Origin: the human T2T-CHM13v2.0 reference genome, Homo sapiens
DNA length: 64,000 bases
Assembly: GCF_009914755.1 (NCBI RefSeq)
Contig: NC_060926.1
Strand: one strand, 5' to 3'
Part shown: positions 13,628-26,352 of the stretch, piece by piece
Layout of the letters: every line of letters begins with the position of its first letter
How positions within the stretch are numbered: the stretch's first letter is position 1
The notes under the pieces: model-generated
What the model was told of the DNA's origin: nothing
Databases searched by the model: none
The model's input: only the letters and a program-made list of their open reading frames with translations
Position numbers and translations under genes: made by a program

Positions 13628-15836
13628 ATATATGAAATAAACATGTAAAACTTTGTTAAATTTCTTATTTTATTGAACAAATAATAATAATATTAAAATA
13701 TTTAAGTAATAATGTATATTATTATTTTTCCTGGAACAATATTCTTTCTATTTCTCAACCCTTTAGTTGTTTTTGGTCTTGTTTTTTAGTTTCTTAACAA
13801 TCTGGTTATGATATATTCTTAATCCTTTTAAAGAATATTAATTGCATTTTATTCTTTGCATTATTTCCATATGCTTTAGGATCTGTGCTTTAGTTTTTAT
13901 AGCCTGTTCTTTCTCTGGCTGCTACTGGTCCTCCTCAAACATCTGTTAGTCCTTGACTAGTATTCCATATTTATAAATGAAGGACTATGTTGGTTAGTAT
14001 TGGCATTGGCATTGTATTCTTTTGCAATGTTGGGAGATTGTAAAACACTTAGTTTTCTCTGCATTATTGTGAGAGCTTTAGATGAATTATGTGCAGAATT
14101 AATCTAGATTTATCCTGAGTGTTTAGAGCGGCAGATAAATTATGTGCAGAATGAAAAAGTGGGCAGGTTCTAAGGAGACGAGGCAGGCTTCTATTTAAGG
14201 TATGTGATTAGGGAGATGTTTAAGACTCAAAATCTCTGTAATAATAACGATGCTACCCTGGGATTGGCAGATTAAGTGCAAGTGGCATACTTTCATGTTG
14301 AATGGCACTGAATTCTTTTTAAAAATGTCTTGTTAAATTTGGAAATTGAAATTATCTTAACCTCTGCTCTCCAATTTCCACAATAGGACACATCTGTAGA
14401 ATGGTTATTCAGAAAGTATTTCTTGGGTTTATCTTAGGGAGAAATGCTACAGCCAGTTGCTGTTTGTACACAGAACATATAAATTGTCAGACAGTTCTTT
14501 AATTCATTACCATGATCTCTTCTCTAACAGCCTGTCACTGAACTCTATCTTTATTGCTATTTCTTCTGTGCAAAATGAGAGTTACACATTCTTCTTCTTA
14601 GGTATCTAAGTCAATACATCATCTGCTCTTTCTTCTCCAGAAATTTGTCAATGTTTCTATTCTGCTGATGGCACTACTTCTTATTATGGACTTATTATTT
14701 TGTTATTAATATTTTAATATATTTTGCATATATTAACTTTCTCTTCAGTTCTATTTTGTGAAGGAGAAAGGTAAATTTATGTGCTCTGCCATCTTGAAAC
14801 AGATGTTTATTTGCTTTTTACAGTTATTTTTGATTGTTTGTTTTGACCACACAATTGTAAAAATTATGTAAATCTGCAACCATCTTTTGTTTTAGTTTCT
14901 GTGTTTATATTATTAAGAATATTTTAACCTCTCTAAAGCCATACAGTGTTTTTTTGTTATTAATTTTAGTTATTCCAAGGTTTTATCAAATTTTTGTCTT
15001 CCTACATGACAATGAGAAACACAATGGGCAAAAGACATACACAATAATTATGGGCATCAAGTTGTGATTTCATTGGCTCCACTTGGAGGAAGAATTAGGG
15101 TGGAGTTCTGGAGGATATTGTGTAAATTAACAAAAGATGAACCAAGATAGTGTGGACTTGGGTTTTAAATAGATTATACTATAAGGGGAATGCAATTAAA
15201 TTATTTATGGGACATTAGAACCCTATTGTTCTCCTAATTGGTATTCATTATAATCAGTGTAAACAAATTGAATATATTAAAATCTATATGTTTAACATGC
15301 TGTATTCGGGAGAACTATTTCCTGGAAGAAACATGAATGGTGCTTATTTCCTGACTTCATCTGTGATCCAGCTTGGGCTATTATCATCTTGCTACCATCT
15401 TCCATTTTCTGATTTTTACCAAAATAGATCAAATAAATTCAAAAGGAGAATTACTAAATAGGATATATAGGATTTTTGCCTTACATTCTGACTCTGGACT
15501 TTGGGAGTCTGTTTAATATTTTTGTGGAAATATATTAAATATGTTCATTTAAACATATTTGCAACATGAATTTTTATTTGTCCAATACTGTGACTCCTTG
15601 AAATTGTCCTTCCATAAGTCTAGTTTTGAAAAATAAATTTTTAGTTTAACATTGTCTATGCATGACACATAAAAATTGCATGTTGTAGTTATTTTTTTAA
15701 AGCCTCCCTGAGAATTCTTATCCTTTCTCACCAGGGAATCTTCACTCAATTACATATGTAATGAGTGCTATATTTAGAATTGACATCTTGATTCATTGTT
15801 ACTGTTTTTGGACTTTCATTCTTTTTGTCTTTATAT

Positions 15837-16217
15837 ATATATTTTTTATTACACTTTAAGTTCTAGGGTACATGTGCACAACCTGCAGGTTTGTTACATA
15901 TGTATACATGTGCCATGTTGGTTTAAGAAAATATGGCAAATATACACCATGGAATACTATGCAGCCATAAAAAATGATGAGTTCATGTCCTTTGTAGGGA
16001 CATGGATGAAGCTGGAAACCATCATTCTCAGCAAACTATTGCAAGGACAAAAAACCAAACACCGCATGTTCTCACTCATAGGTGGGAATTGAACAATGAG
16101 AGCACTTGGACACAGGAAGGGGAACATCACACACTGGGGCCTGTTGTGGGGTGGGGGGAGGGGGGAGGGATAGCATTAGGAGATATACCTAATGTAAATG
16201 ACGAGTTAATGGGTGCA
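15837..16217 (-). mobile_element. Short young L1PA 3' end with 5' inversion
   Basis: Antisense 15837-15922, sense 15923-16217; flanking direct repeat CATTCTTTTTGTCTTTATAT at 15817-15836 and 16216-16235. Confidence 0.93.
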
Positions 16218-17400
16218 TTCTTTTTGTCTTTATATGTTTCTATTTATAAACTATGTATCATTTTTGCAAAACACAGATTGTCTTTAAAACTTTACTAAAT
16301 TCAAAAAAGCCTTTAGATTACTTAAGCCTATTTTAAAACTAAATTATACTAATAATTGATATCATAAATAAAACAAAATGTATAGACCAGTCATGCAAAT
16401 AATCCCCTACTGCTTTCTGGAGTTTTATTATTTAATCTGAAATACTTATTACTAATGAATAGCAGTAAAATACTTCAGCTTACACTGTAAATTTTCTTTA
16501 TCAAAAACAATAGCTTCTTTTGCTTGCCATTGATAATCTACAGTTGCAGAGACATTTAAATCTTCATTTTCCTTCAACTATTGTCAAAGTACATCATTTA
16601 TATATTCTTCACTCTTCCCTCATTAACTTCTAACGAATGCTTTATCACAAATACTCTTCCTCTGCAGTCAACTCTTTCATGATCTCACCTACTAATCAGC
16701 TGTGTGAGCCAGAAATATGGAAACTATTTTTGAGTCCTTAGTTTTCCTAATTTTCAATATTTAATTAATTAATAGCCAACAGTTTCTATTATCCCCATGT
16801 TATCTCCATGTGTACTTGAGGTTTAGATCCCACATATAAGTGAGGAATTGTGATATGTGGTTTTCTTTTCCTGTGTTAATTTGCTTAGCATAATGGTCTC
16901 CAGTTACATCCATGTTGCTGCAAAGGACATGATTTCATTTTTTATGGCTGTGTAGTATTCCATGGTGTATGCGTACCACATTTTCTTTATCCAATCCATG
17001 AGTGATAGACACCTCGGTTGATTCTGTGTCTTTGCTATTGTAAATAGTGCTCTAATGAACATTCAAGTGCATGTGTCTTTTTGTCATAATGACCTCTTTT
17101 TCTTAAGGTATATTCCCAGTGATGGGATTGCTGAGTTGAATGATAGCTCTGTTTTAAGTTCTTTGAGAAATCTCCAAATTTCTTTCTACAGTTGCTGGAC
17201 TAATTTACACTCCCACCAACAATGTACAAGCATTCCCTTTTCTCTGTACCCTTGAGGGATCTGTTGTTTTGACTTGTTAATAGTAGCCATTTTGACTGGT
17301 TTGATGTAGTATCTCATTGTGGTTTTGATTTGCATTTCTCTGATGATTAGTGATGTTGAGCATTTTTTCATATGCTTGTTGGCTACTTGTATGTCTTCTT

Positions 17401-17752
<352 letters not shown>

Positions 17753-18699
17753 TAATGGGGTTATTTGTTGTTCTCTTTTTGATTTGTTTAAATTTCTTAC
17801 AGATGTTAGATTTCTCTTAGATGCAGTTTGCAAATATTTTCTCCCATTTTGTAAGTTGTTTGTTTATTGATTGTTTCTTTTGCTGTGCAGAAGCTCTGTA
17901 ATTTAATTAGGTCTTACTTGTCAATTTTTGGTTTTGTTACAGTTGCCTTTGGTGTCTTTGTCTTGAAATCTTTGCCAGGGTTGATGTCGAGAGAGATATT
18001 TCTTGGGTTTTCTTCTAGAGTTTTTATAGCTTTAGTGTTTACATTTAAGTCTGGAATCCTTCTTGAGTTAGTTTTCGTGTATAGTGAAAGATAGCAGTCT
18101 AGTTTCATTCTCTGCATATGGTTAGCCAGTTATCACTGCACCATTTATTGAATAGAGATGCCTTTACCCATTGCTTATTTTTGTTGATCTTGTTGAAAGT
18201 CAGATGGTTGTAAATGTGTAGCTTTATTTCTGAGTTTTCTATTCCTTTCCATTGGTCTATGTGTCTGTTTTTGTACCAGTCCCAAGTTGTTTTGGTTATG
18301 GTCGCTTTATAGTATAGTTTGAAGTTGGTTAGTGTGATGCCTCTGGCTTTATTCTTTTTGCTTACAATTGCTGTGGCTATTTGGCGTGTTTTTTGGTTCC
18401 ATCTAAATTTTATTGGTCTATTCAGGTTTTCAATCTCTTCCTGATTCAATCTCAGTAGATTGTGCATTTCCAGGAATTTATTCATTTCCTCTAGATTTTC
18501 TAATTTGTGTACATAGAATTGTTCATAGTATTCTCTGAGGATATTTTCTATTTTTGTGGGATCAGTTGTAAAGTCATCTTTAGCATTTCTGACTATACTT
18601 ATTTGGACCTTCTTGTTTTTCCTCTGTTAACCTAGCTGGTGGTCTATCAATCTTTTTATATAGTTTCTGAAGAACGAACTCAGTTTCATTGATTTTAAA

Positions 18700-18728
18700 A
18701 TTACAGGCATGAGCCACCGTGCCCAGCC
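18700..18728 (-). mobile_element. Alu 5'-terminal remnant (29 bp)
   Basis: attacaggcatgagccaccgtgcccagcc is the reverse complement of Alu nt 1-29. Confidence 0.75.
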
Positions 18729-21224
18729 CGATTTTTTGTACGGTTTTTGGATTTGAACTTCATTAAGTTCCTCTCTACTTTTAGTTATTTCTTTTATTTT
18801 GCTAGCATTGGGGATGGTTTGTTTTTTATTTCTAACTCCTTTAGGTGCAAAGTTAGATTGCTAATTTGAAATCTAACTTCTTGATAAAGGTATTTAGTTC
18901 TGTAAACTCTCCTCTTAGCACTGCTTTAACTGCATCCCAGAGGTTTTGGTAAGTTGTGAACCAAGTTTCATTAATTACAAAGAATTTTTAAATTTCTGCC
19001 TTATTTTTGATGTTCGCTTAGGAGTTATTCAGCAGCAAGTTGTTTAATTTTCATTAATTTATGTAGTTTTGAGAGATCTTCTTCATATTGGTTTCTATTT
19101 TTATTGCACTATTGTCCAAGAGTGTGTTTGGTATAATTTCAATTTGTATTAATTGATCGAGCTTGCTTTATGACCAAGCATGTGGTCAATCTTAGAATGT
19201 GCTCCATGCGGAAATAAGAAAGATGTACATTCTGTGGTTGTTGCATGGAGTGTTCTGTTGACGTCTATTAGGTCTATTTGGTCAAGTGTCAAGTTTAATT
19301 CCAGAATTTTCTTAGTTTTCTGACTCAATAATCTGGCTAACACCGTCAGTGAGTTGTTGAAGTTTCCCAGAGTTATTGTGGTTCTCTAAGTCCTTTTTTA
19401 GACTTAGAAGTTATTTTATGAATATGGTGCACCACTATTGGATGTGTATATATTTAGTAGAGTTAAGACTTCTTGTTGGATTGTACCTTTTATCATTATC
19501 TAATGTCTGTCTTTGTCCTTCTTTTCAGTGATTTAAAATCTGTTTTATATGATATAAGAACAGTGACTTCTGCTCTTCTTTGGGTACCATTTGCATGGTA
19601 GGTCTCTACTGTATGCCTTTACTTTGAGCCTTGGTTGTTGTTATATGCAAGATGGATCTCTTGAAGACAGCAGATAGTTGAGTCTTATCTTTGTATTCAG
19701 AATGGTACTCTATGTCTTTTAAGTGATGTGTTTAGCTTATTTACATTCTGAATTAATTTTGATATGTGAGATTTTGATCCTGACATTGTGTTGTTAGGTG
19801 GTTATTATGTAGGCCTGATTATATGATTGCTTTATAGTACCTTGGGCTATGTGCTTAAGTGTGTTCTATGGTAGCAGGTGTCATTCGTTTAGTTCCATGT
19901 TTAGCACTCTCTTAAAAACCTCTTATAAATCTGGTCTAGTTGAAATGTATTCCCTCAATGTTCACTTGTCTGAGAATTTTATTTCTTCTTCCCTTAAGAA
20001 GCTTAGATTGATGGAATATAAAATTGTTGGTTGGAATTTTTTTTTCTTTAATGACACTGAAAATTGGCCCCCAACCTCTCCTGGCTTCTAAGGTTTCTGC
20101 TGAGAGGTCTGTTGCTTCCCTAATGAGGTTTCCTCTGTATGTGGCTTGACCCTTTTCTCTAGCTGCCTTTTAGAGTTTCCTTTTGTTTTGACCTTGGTGA
20201 GTGTGATGATTATGTGCCTTGGGGTGGTTGTCTTGCATAGTACCTCACCAGAGTTTTCCCCAGAATCAGACTTCTAAGGATATTTTACGCATCTTCATCC
20301 ACAACTGTGATAAAATGGCCATAGTAGCTGCAGGAGAGGCTGAGTAGGTGAGTACTACTTCTCTCTACCAATTGCTGGTAGTAAAGAAGAAGGGGGACAT
20401 CAGAAATTAGGAATGCAATTACAGAGTTTGCCAAAAGTCAAAAGATTCCTTCTATAATTTCTTTCTCTGTTCCTCAGTACAATCGCAACAATAGAATCTC
20501 TTTTTATCAATAGCTTATGCTTTCCAAAGTGTACAAAGCAATCAATTTCATATATACTCTGTTCTCTTGGAAAAACTCTTTGAGAGTTTACTCCAATATA
20601 TCTGTCTTCTATCTGATGACATATGTAAAATCAGTAATCCTAAAACACTCTCCTTCTTCAAGAAATCTAAAGCTGATGTGAAATCAGAATCCAGATAAAC
20701 TAATTTCCCTGGTTCTTTTTCTCCTCTAGACATATCACATTCTGTCTATTCCAGAGCCCTTCCTTACAGATCTGAGCTGTACAATCCCCTATCTGTATCT
20801 GCAATTTTTAAAATCCATTAGTCTGCTACATTATGAGAATTTACAAAACCATAATTTGCTTTCTATATAGACTTTTCTAGTATTCTAAAGTTGTGCCAAA
20901 TTTAAAAGCCTCATGATATATTTTAGTAAATTATTCAAATTGTGTAATATTTGGTTATTATTTGATTGCTATTTATTATTCTCCATCAATCTGAAAACCT
21001 TACTCTTTTTTTTCTGTTCGGAGCTGACATAGCAAGCTTCATTAAGCTTTTGAATTAAATGGTTATACATTTTCCTGTCTATAATTTTTCTTTCTTTGGT
21101 TTCTTACTTTAGCCAGCTTTACTATTAATTTATTTTATCGTTTCCTGTAAATGCAAATATCAGTACATAAACCTCTGAATACAGTGATATAGACAGAGTT
21201 TAATATTTGTTCAAGTTTTTTGTT

Positions 21225-21980
21225 TTGTTGGTTAATATAATAGTGACATACAATAAAATGAACAAATTCTAGGTGTACACTGGCTGAGTTTTAACGAATG
21301 AATATTCCTAACTCGAATCTTATCAAGATAGAGACAACTATTGTCACCTCAGATATTGCCTTAATCTCACTTCCCACTCAATTGTTATTCACACCCCTTC
21401 AAAGGCAATCATTATTATGACTTTTTTTCCGATAAGCATTAGTTTCATCTGTTCCACAAATTCATATAAATGAAATCATGCAGCATGCACTCTGGACAAG
21501 GCTTATTTCACCAATAATTTTTTAAAAAATTTATCCATGCTGTTTTGTGTATCACTAATTTGTTCACTTTCATTGCTGAGTAGGAGTACATGGTATGAAT
21601 TATCACATTTGTTTAACAATTCTCCTTTTGAAGGACACTTGGGCTGTTCACTTTCTTTGACTATTGTTAAAGTTGGTATGAACATCACACTTCTTTTTTG
21701 AAAACAAGTTTTCATGTCTTTTGAATAAAGCTGAGGAGGAGAAGGCTATGTCACAGATTGTTCATTTTTACTTAAAAAGGGGAAAACAACTCCCAGATTT
21801 TCTTCTAAAGTGGTTTTAACATTTTATCTTCAACCATGTATGATAGGCCATGTTATTCAATGTTTCTGTCAACATTTGTGGTTGACAGTCTTTTTTGCTG
21901 CAGCCATTCTGATGGATGTGTAGTAGTAATCTATTGTAGTTTTATTTGTGTTTCCCTGATGACTAATGAGGTTGATCTGT
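21225..21980 (-). mobile_element. Old L1M 3' fragment
   Basis: Typical antisense motifs (aaatgaaatcatgcagcatg; gaaggacacttgggctgtt; tttccctgatgactaatgaggttga). Confidence 0.7.
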
Positions 21981-23851
21981 GCTGCCTAGACTTGGCCTCA
22001 CATGGTTTTAGAGTCAGCTAGAGATTTTATCAGAATTTATACATAGAATTTGGAGTTCCTCATCCCTGTATTTTTTAATCTAACATTTCCTTTAAAATTT
22101 CTTTCATATTTTCTCTGAACCAGTATCAAATGTATTGGGGCACTTGCCTTGTATCTGCTGTAGGCAACTATTCCATGAGTCCAACTAGTCCAGCAATCCT
22201 ATTCATTTCTGCAACTCTTTTACCTCTCAGTCAAGTAAGAAATTTTAAAGGAGGATATCTGACTCAGGTTGGGGGACTGGAGAAAAGAGTATTATGTTTA
22301 CAATGTACTAAATGTTTGTTGGAGAAATGAACTCCGAACATTTGTTTTGCCTAAGCTTACCACAGTTACTGAATCCTTCCACATGGGTAGGATTAGTGAA
22401 ATCTTGTATTTTGAATGCTCAAATATGACTTAAACTAGTGTAAGTAAAAAAAGAAAAAAAAATTACTACATGTTTAGAAACTTTTTAAATGTGCATGATA
22501 ATTTAATATTTTAGATCAAAGTAAGTGGAAACTTTAATTTTAATTTAATTTTAAAATTCAGAATTTAAATAATTCTGGAGAGAGAATGGGGAACAAAATG
22601 GGTGCACATAAAATAAGTACAATATGAAAAATGATTTCCATCTGCAAAAAGAAAAGATTTGAGGAGATAAAATATTTTACATTTGTACGTATATGGCAAC
22701 AAGAATAAATATGTCTTAAATTTTTATTCAAATTAATCTTTTATGAATCTTTGTTTAGCCTATGAATCTTTGTTTAGCCTATGATTAAAATCAATTTCAA
22801 AATCATATTTCTTGTTTCCATTTTCATATAAAATGGGCTTTATATCTTATGTATTAATGTTGGCACAGCTAATCCAGGTTTTAGAAATAATATACATTAT
22901 TAAACTTAAATAATAAATAAATCTTAAATTGTGATTCTTTTACAGGTATATTGATTTTATTATATATGTAATTATTTTACAAGTATATCATTTTGATTAT
23001 ATATTTTACAATAGATTAAATGAAAAGAATGCAATTATATTTTCAACTTACTGCATTAGTATTTTAATACAATGAAAATCATATTAAACTTAATACCACA
23101 ATGGAAAAAGGTCTTTCTGTTTAACAAAACCGAATCTTCCTTATGGTTCTGACTACTTTCATAAAGCTTTTCCCATATCCTCATCTCTTCTGATGATTTC
23201 ATGACATGTCATTCACTGAGAATTAATTACATGTTATCTCGTGATCTCTCTTTTGTTTGTAGTATTATTTCTGTTTTTCATATAGATATGTCCTGTTCCC
23301 CTAAATGAACTTAATATTCTCAGAGAACTTATGTAGTAATTCAAGCTATTCCCACACAGGAACACATAAGAGACATACACATGTGATCTGTTGACTGCAT
23401 ATAAAAATGAAATATATCTCTGTTTAAAAACATAAAATACCTCTTCTAATATCATTTTAAGTGTTTAAATAAATTTTCAGCATTTAAATTTAAATTCAGC
23501 ATTTAAATTAAAGTTGAATGTAAAAATGTCAACTTTTACATTGACAACCAAAAATTACGTTTTGTCAATGTAAAAGTTGAATTGATAGTAGGCTAAAACA
23601 AAGGTTTTATATGAAAGCCAGCCAATGTCAGATGAGGCATGTCACAGGGAAGAGAGCCAATATGTTATTTCTGGGAGAAAAGATTCAAGGAAGGCAAGAA
23701 CTTCCATATTTTAAACCCTGAGATAGATGCTAGTGCTGTTCCGAAGTAGTACAGAAAGCTGAAGGCCCAGTAAATATTTCCCTAAAAAAGAACAGAGTAT
23801 AAGGTGATTTTAAGGCTGTTGCCTTTTGAATATCTTACAACCTCAATTAAT

Positions 23852-23990
23852 ATTACTATTATTATTATTATTTCAAATGCGGGTCTTGTCATGTTGCTGA
23901 GGCTGGACTAAAACTCCTGGGCTCAAGGGATCCTCCTGTCTCAGCCTCCTGGATTGCTGGGACTACAGGCGCGTGCCACCATGCTCAGCC
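23852..23990 (-). mobile_element. FLAM / Alu monomer
   Basis: Single monomer ending gcgcgtgccaccatgctcagcc with a (TAT)n tail. Confidence 0.8.
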
Positions 23991-24072
23991 AAACTCAATT
24001 TTTATTTCCTGCTTCAGTGCTCATCACAAAAATTAATGATAATTCACAGCAAGTGGTACATAAAATTATACA

Positions 24073-24765
24073 TAGTCATGCACCACATGATGATGTTTTC
24101 ACTAATAATAAACTACATATATGATGGTAGCCCTATAAGATTATAATGAAGCTAAAAAAATCCTATCACCTAGTGATGCGGTAACCATCCTAAGTCATAT
24201 CGCAACTCATTACTCACGTGTTTTTGGTAGTGCCGGTGTAAATGAACCTATTGTACTGCCAATCGAATAAAAGCATAGTACATACAATTATGTACAGTAC
24301 ATAATACTTCTCAATGATAATTAATAACTATGTTACTGGTTTCTGTATTTACTATGCTATAATTTTATCATTATTTAAAAGTGTACTCCTTGAACTATAA
24401 AAGAAAGGTGTTAACTGCAAAACATTCTCAAACAGTTCTTTCATGAGGTGTTCTAGAAGAAGGCATTATTATACTAGGAGATGACAGCTTCATGTGTGAT
24501 TGCCCTTAAAGACCTTCCAGTGGGACAAGATATGGAGGTGGAAGACAGTGATATTGATGATCCTGATCCTGAGCAGTCCTAGGCTAACATGCGTGTTTGT
24601 GTCTTGGTTTTTAACACAAAAGTTTTATAAGAAAAAAAAATTAAAATGTTAAATATAGAAAAAAGCTTATAGAATAAGGACATAAAGCAAATGTTTTTGT
24701 ACAGCTGTACAATGTGTTTGGGTTTTAAGCTGTGTTATTAGAAAAAAGTCAAGAAGTTTAAAAAG
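24073..24765. mobile_element. Tigger3-type (MER7) DNA transposon, truncated on the right
   Basis: TIR-like tagtcatgcaccacatga; internal cctataagattataatgaagct and gaccttccagtgggacaagatatggaggtggaagacagtgat motifs; second TIR absent. Confidence 0.8.
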
Positions 24766-25106
24766 TTTTCAGTGATTTAAAATCTGTTTTATATGATATA
24801 AGGACTTCTGCTCTTCTTTGTTTCCCATTCAAATATAATTATATAATACATATGGAGAGCTATGCTTTTCCACCCACACAAAAACCTTGTTGATTCTCTA
24901 GAATATGTAAAAATAGCACATTAAATTCTGAACTATAAATATATTTAGTGCTAAGTATACATGACTTGCTTGTTTTTGAAAGTGCTGAGATGTTTAAATT
25001 CAGATATTATAAAATACAGATGTGTTATAAAAACCCTCACAGACTATAAGTTTTAATAAAAATATTAAATTTTTTCCTCATTATTGCTCATATCTTCTCA
25101 TCCTCT

Positions 25107-25590
25107 CAAATTTGTGAGGGGAATCCCAGCATCCTTGAAGAGCTCTGTAGTCACTCTTTGCTGTAGGTCAGAAATTACAATGGTAACTGCTGCAATAAAA
25201 CAGGAATCTCTAAATGCAATGAGGATAATAGGATCCTAAGTGGCGTGGTGCAAGTGGTGGCACTTAATTACTAAACACAAGGCAAGCATGATTACTGTAA
25301 CAGACAGGAGATGCAAAACTGTGATCAGAATAGATTGACTCACAGAGATGTATGGTGTTGGCTAGTTAACCATTGGCTTCCCTAGAAAAAAATATAGATG
25401 GCAGTCTCTTAAATTCTTTTTTGATCGTGTAAATGAGAAGTTCTGGATCTACCGAACAGAAATATAACCTGTCACCAAAACAGACTCATGGCCCCTTAAT
25501 TGTTTCCATTCTTGAGCAGTTTACATACCAAGAATCTCTTGATTGAAAAGGAGGCTGGGTCCCCTTGAGGCTGGGTCATATTGAGGAAGG
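25107..25590 (+). mobile_element. ERV-L internal (gag-region) fragment without LTRs
   Basis: Recognised motifs tttgtgaggggaatcccagcatccttgaagagctctgt and gaaaaggaggctgggtccccttgagg. Confidence 0.65.
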
Positions 25591-25599
25591 ACATAATTT

Positions 25600-26352
25600 T
25601 AGTATATATATTTTTTTATTTAAATAGCTTTTGAGGTACAAGTGGGTCTTAGTTACATGGATGAATTGTATAGTGATGAAGTCTAAGATTTTAGTGCAGT
25701 TTTAATGTGGTTTTTTCCAAAACTCCCACCCTCCCTACTTCTAAGTCTCCAATATCCATTGTACCACTCCACATGCCTTTGCATACCCAAAGCTTAGCTC
25801 CCACTTATAAGTGAGAACATACAGTATTTGGTTTTCCATTCCCTAGTTACTCCACTTAGGATAATGGCCTCCAGCTCTATCCAAATTGTGCAATAGATAT
25901 TATTTTATTATTTTTTATGGTTGAGTAGTATCCCGTATTACACACATATATATAATATATATATTATATATATATATATAAAATGTATATATCGCATCTT
26001 CTTTATCCATTTATCAGCTGTTGGACACTTAGGTTGGTCCCATATGTTTGCAATTCTGAACTGGGCTGTAATAAATATATGTGTGCAGGTGTTTTTTTGA
26101 TATAATGATGACTTTTTCTTTGGGTAGATACCCAGTAGTAGGATTGCTGGATCGAATGGTAGATCTACTTTTATTTCTTTATAAATATTCATACTGTTTT
26201 TCATAGAAGTTGTACTACTTTACATTCTCAGCATTGTATAAGCAGTCCCTTTTCACCACATCCATGCCAACATCTAATTTTTTTTTACTTTTTAATCATG
26301 GCCATTTTGGCTGCGTTAAGGTGGTATCTCATTGTGGTTTTAAGTTGCATTA
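25600..26352 (-). mobile_element. L1 3' end (L1PB/L1MA type)
   Basis: ORF2 C-terminal peptide on - (LPFDPAILLLGIYPK...QPKCPTADKWIKKM); candidate TSD GACATAATTT at 25590-25599 and 26359-26368. Confidence 0.85.
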
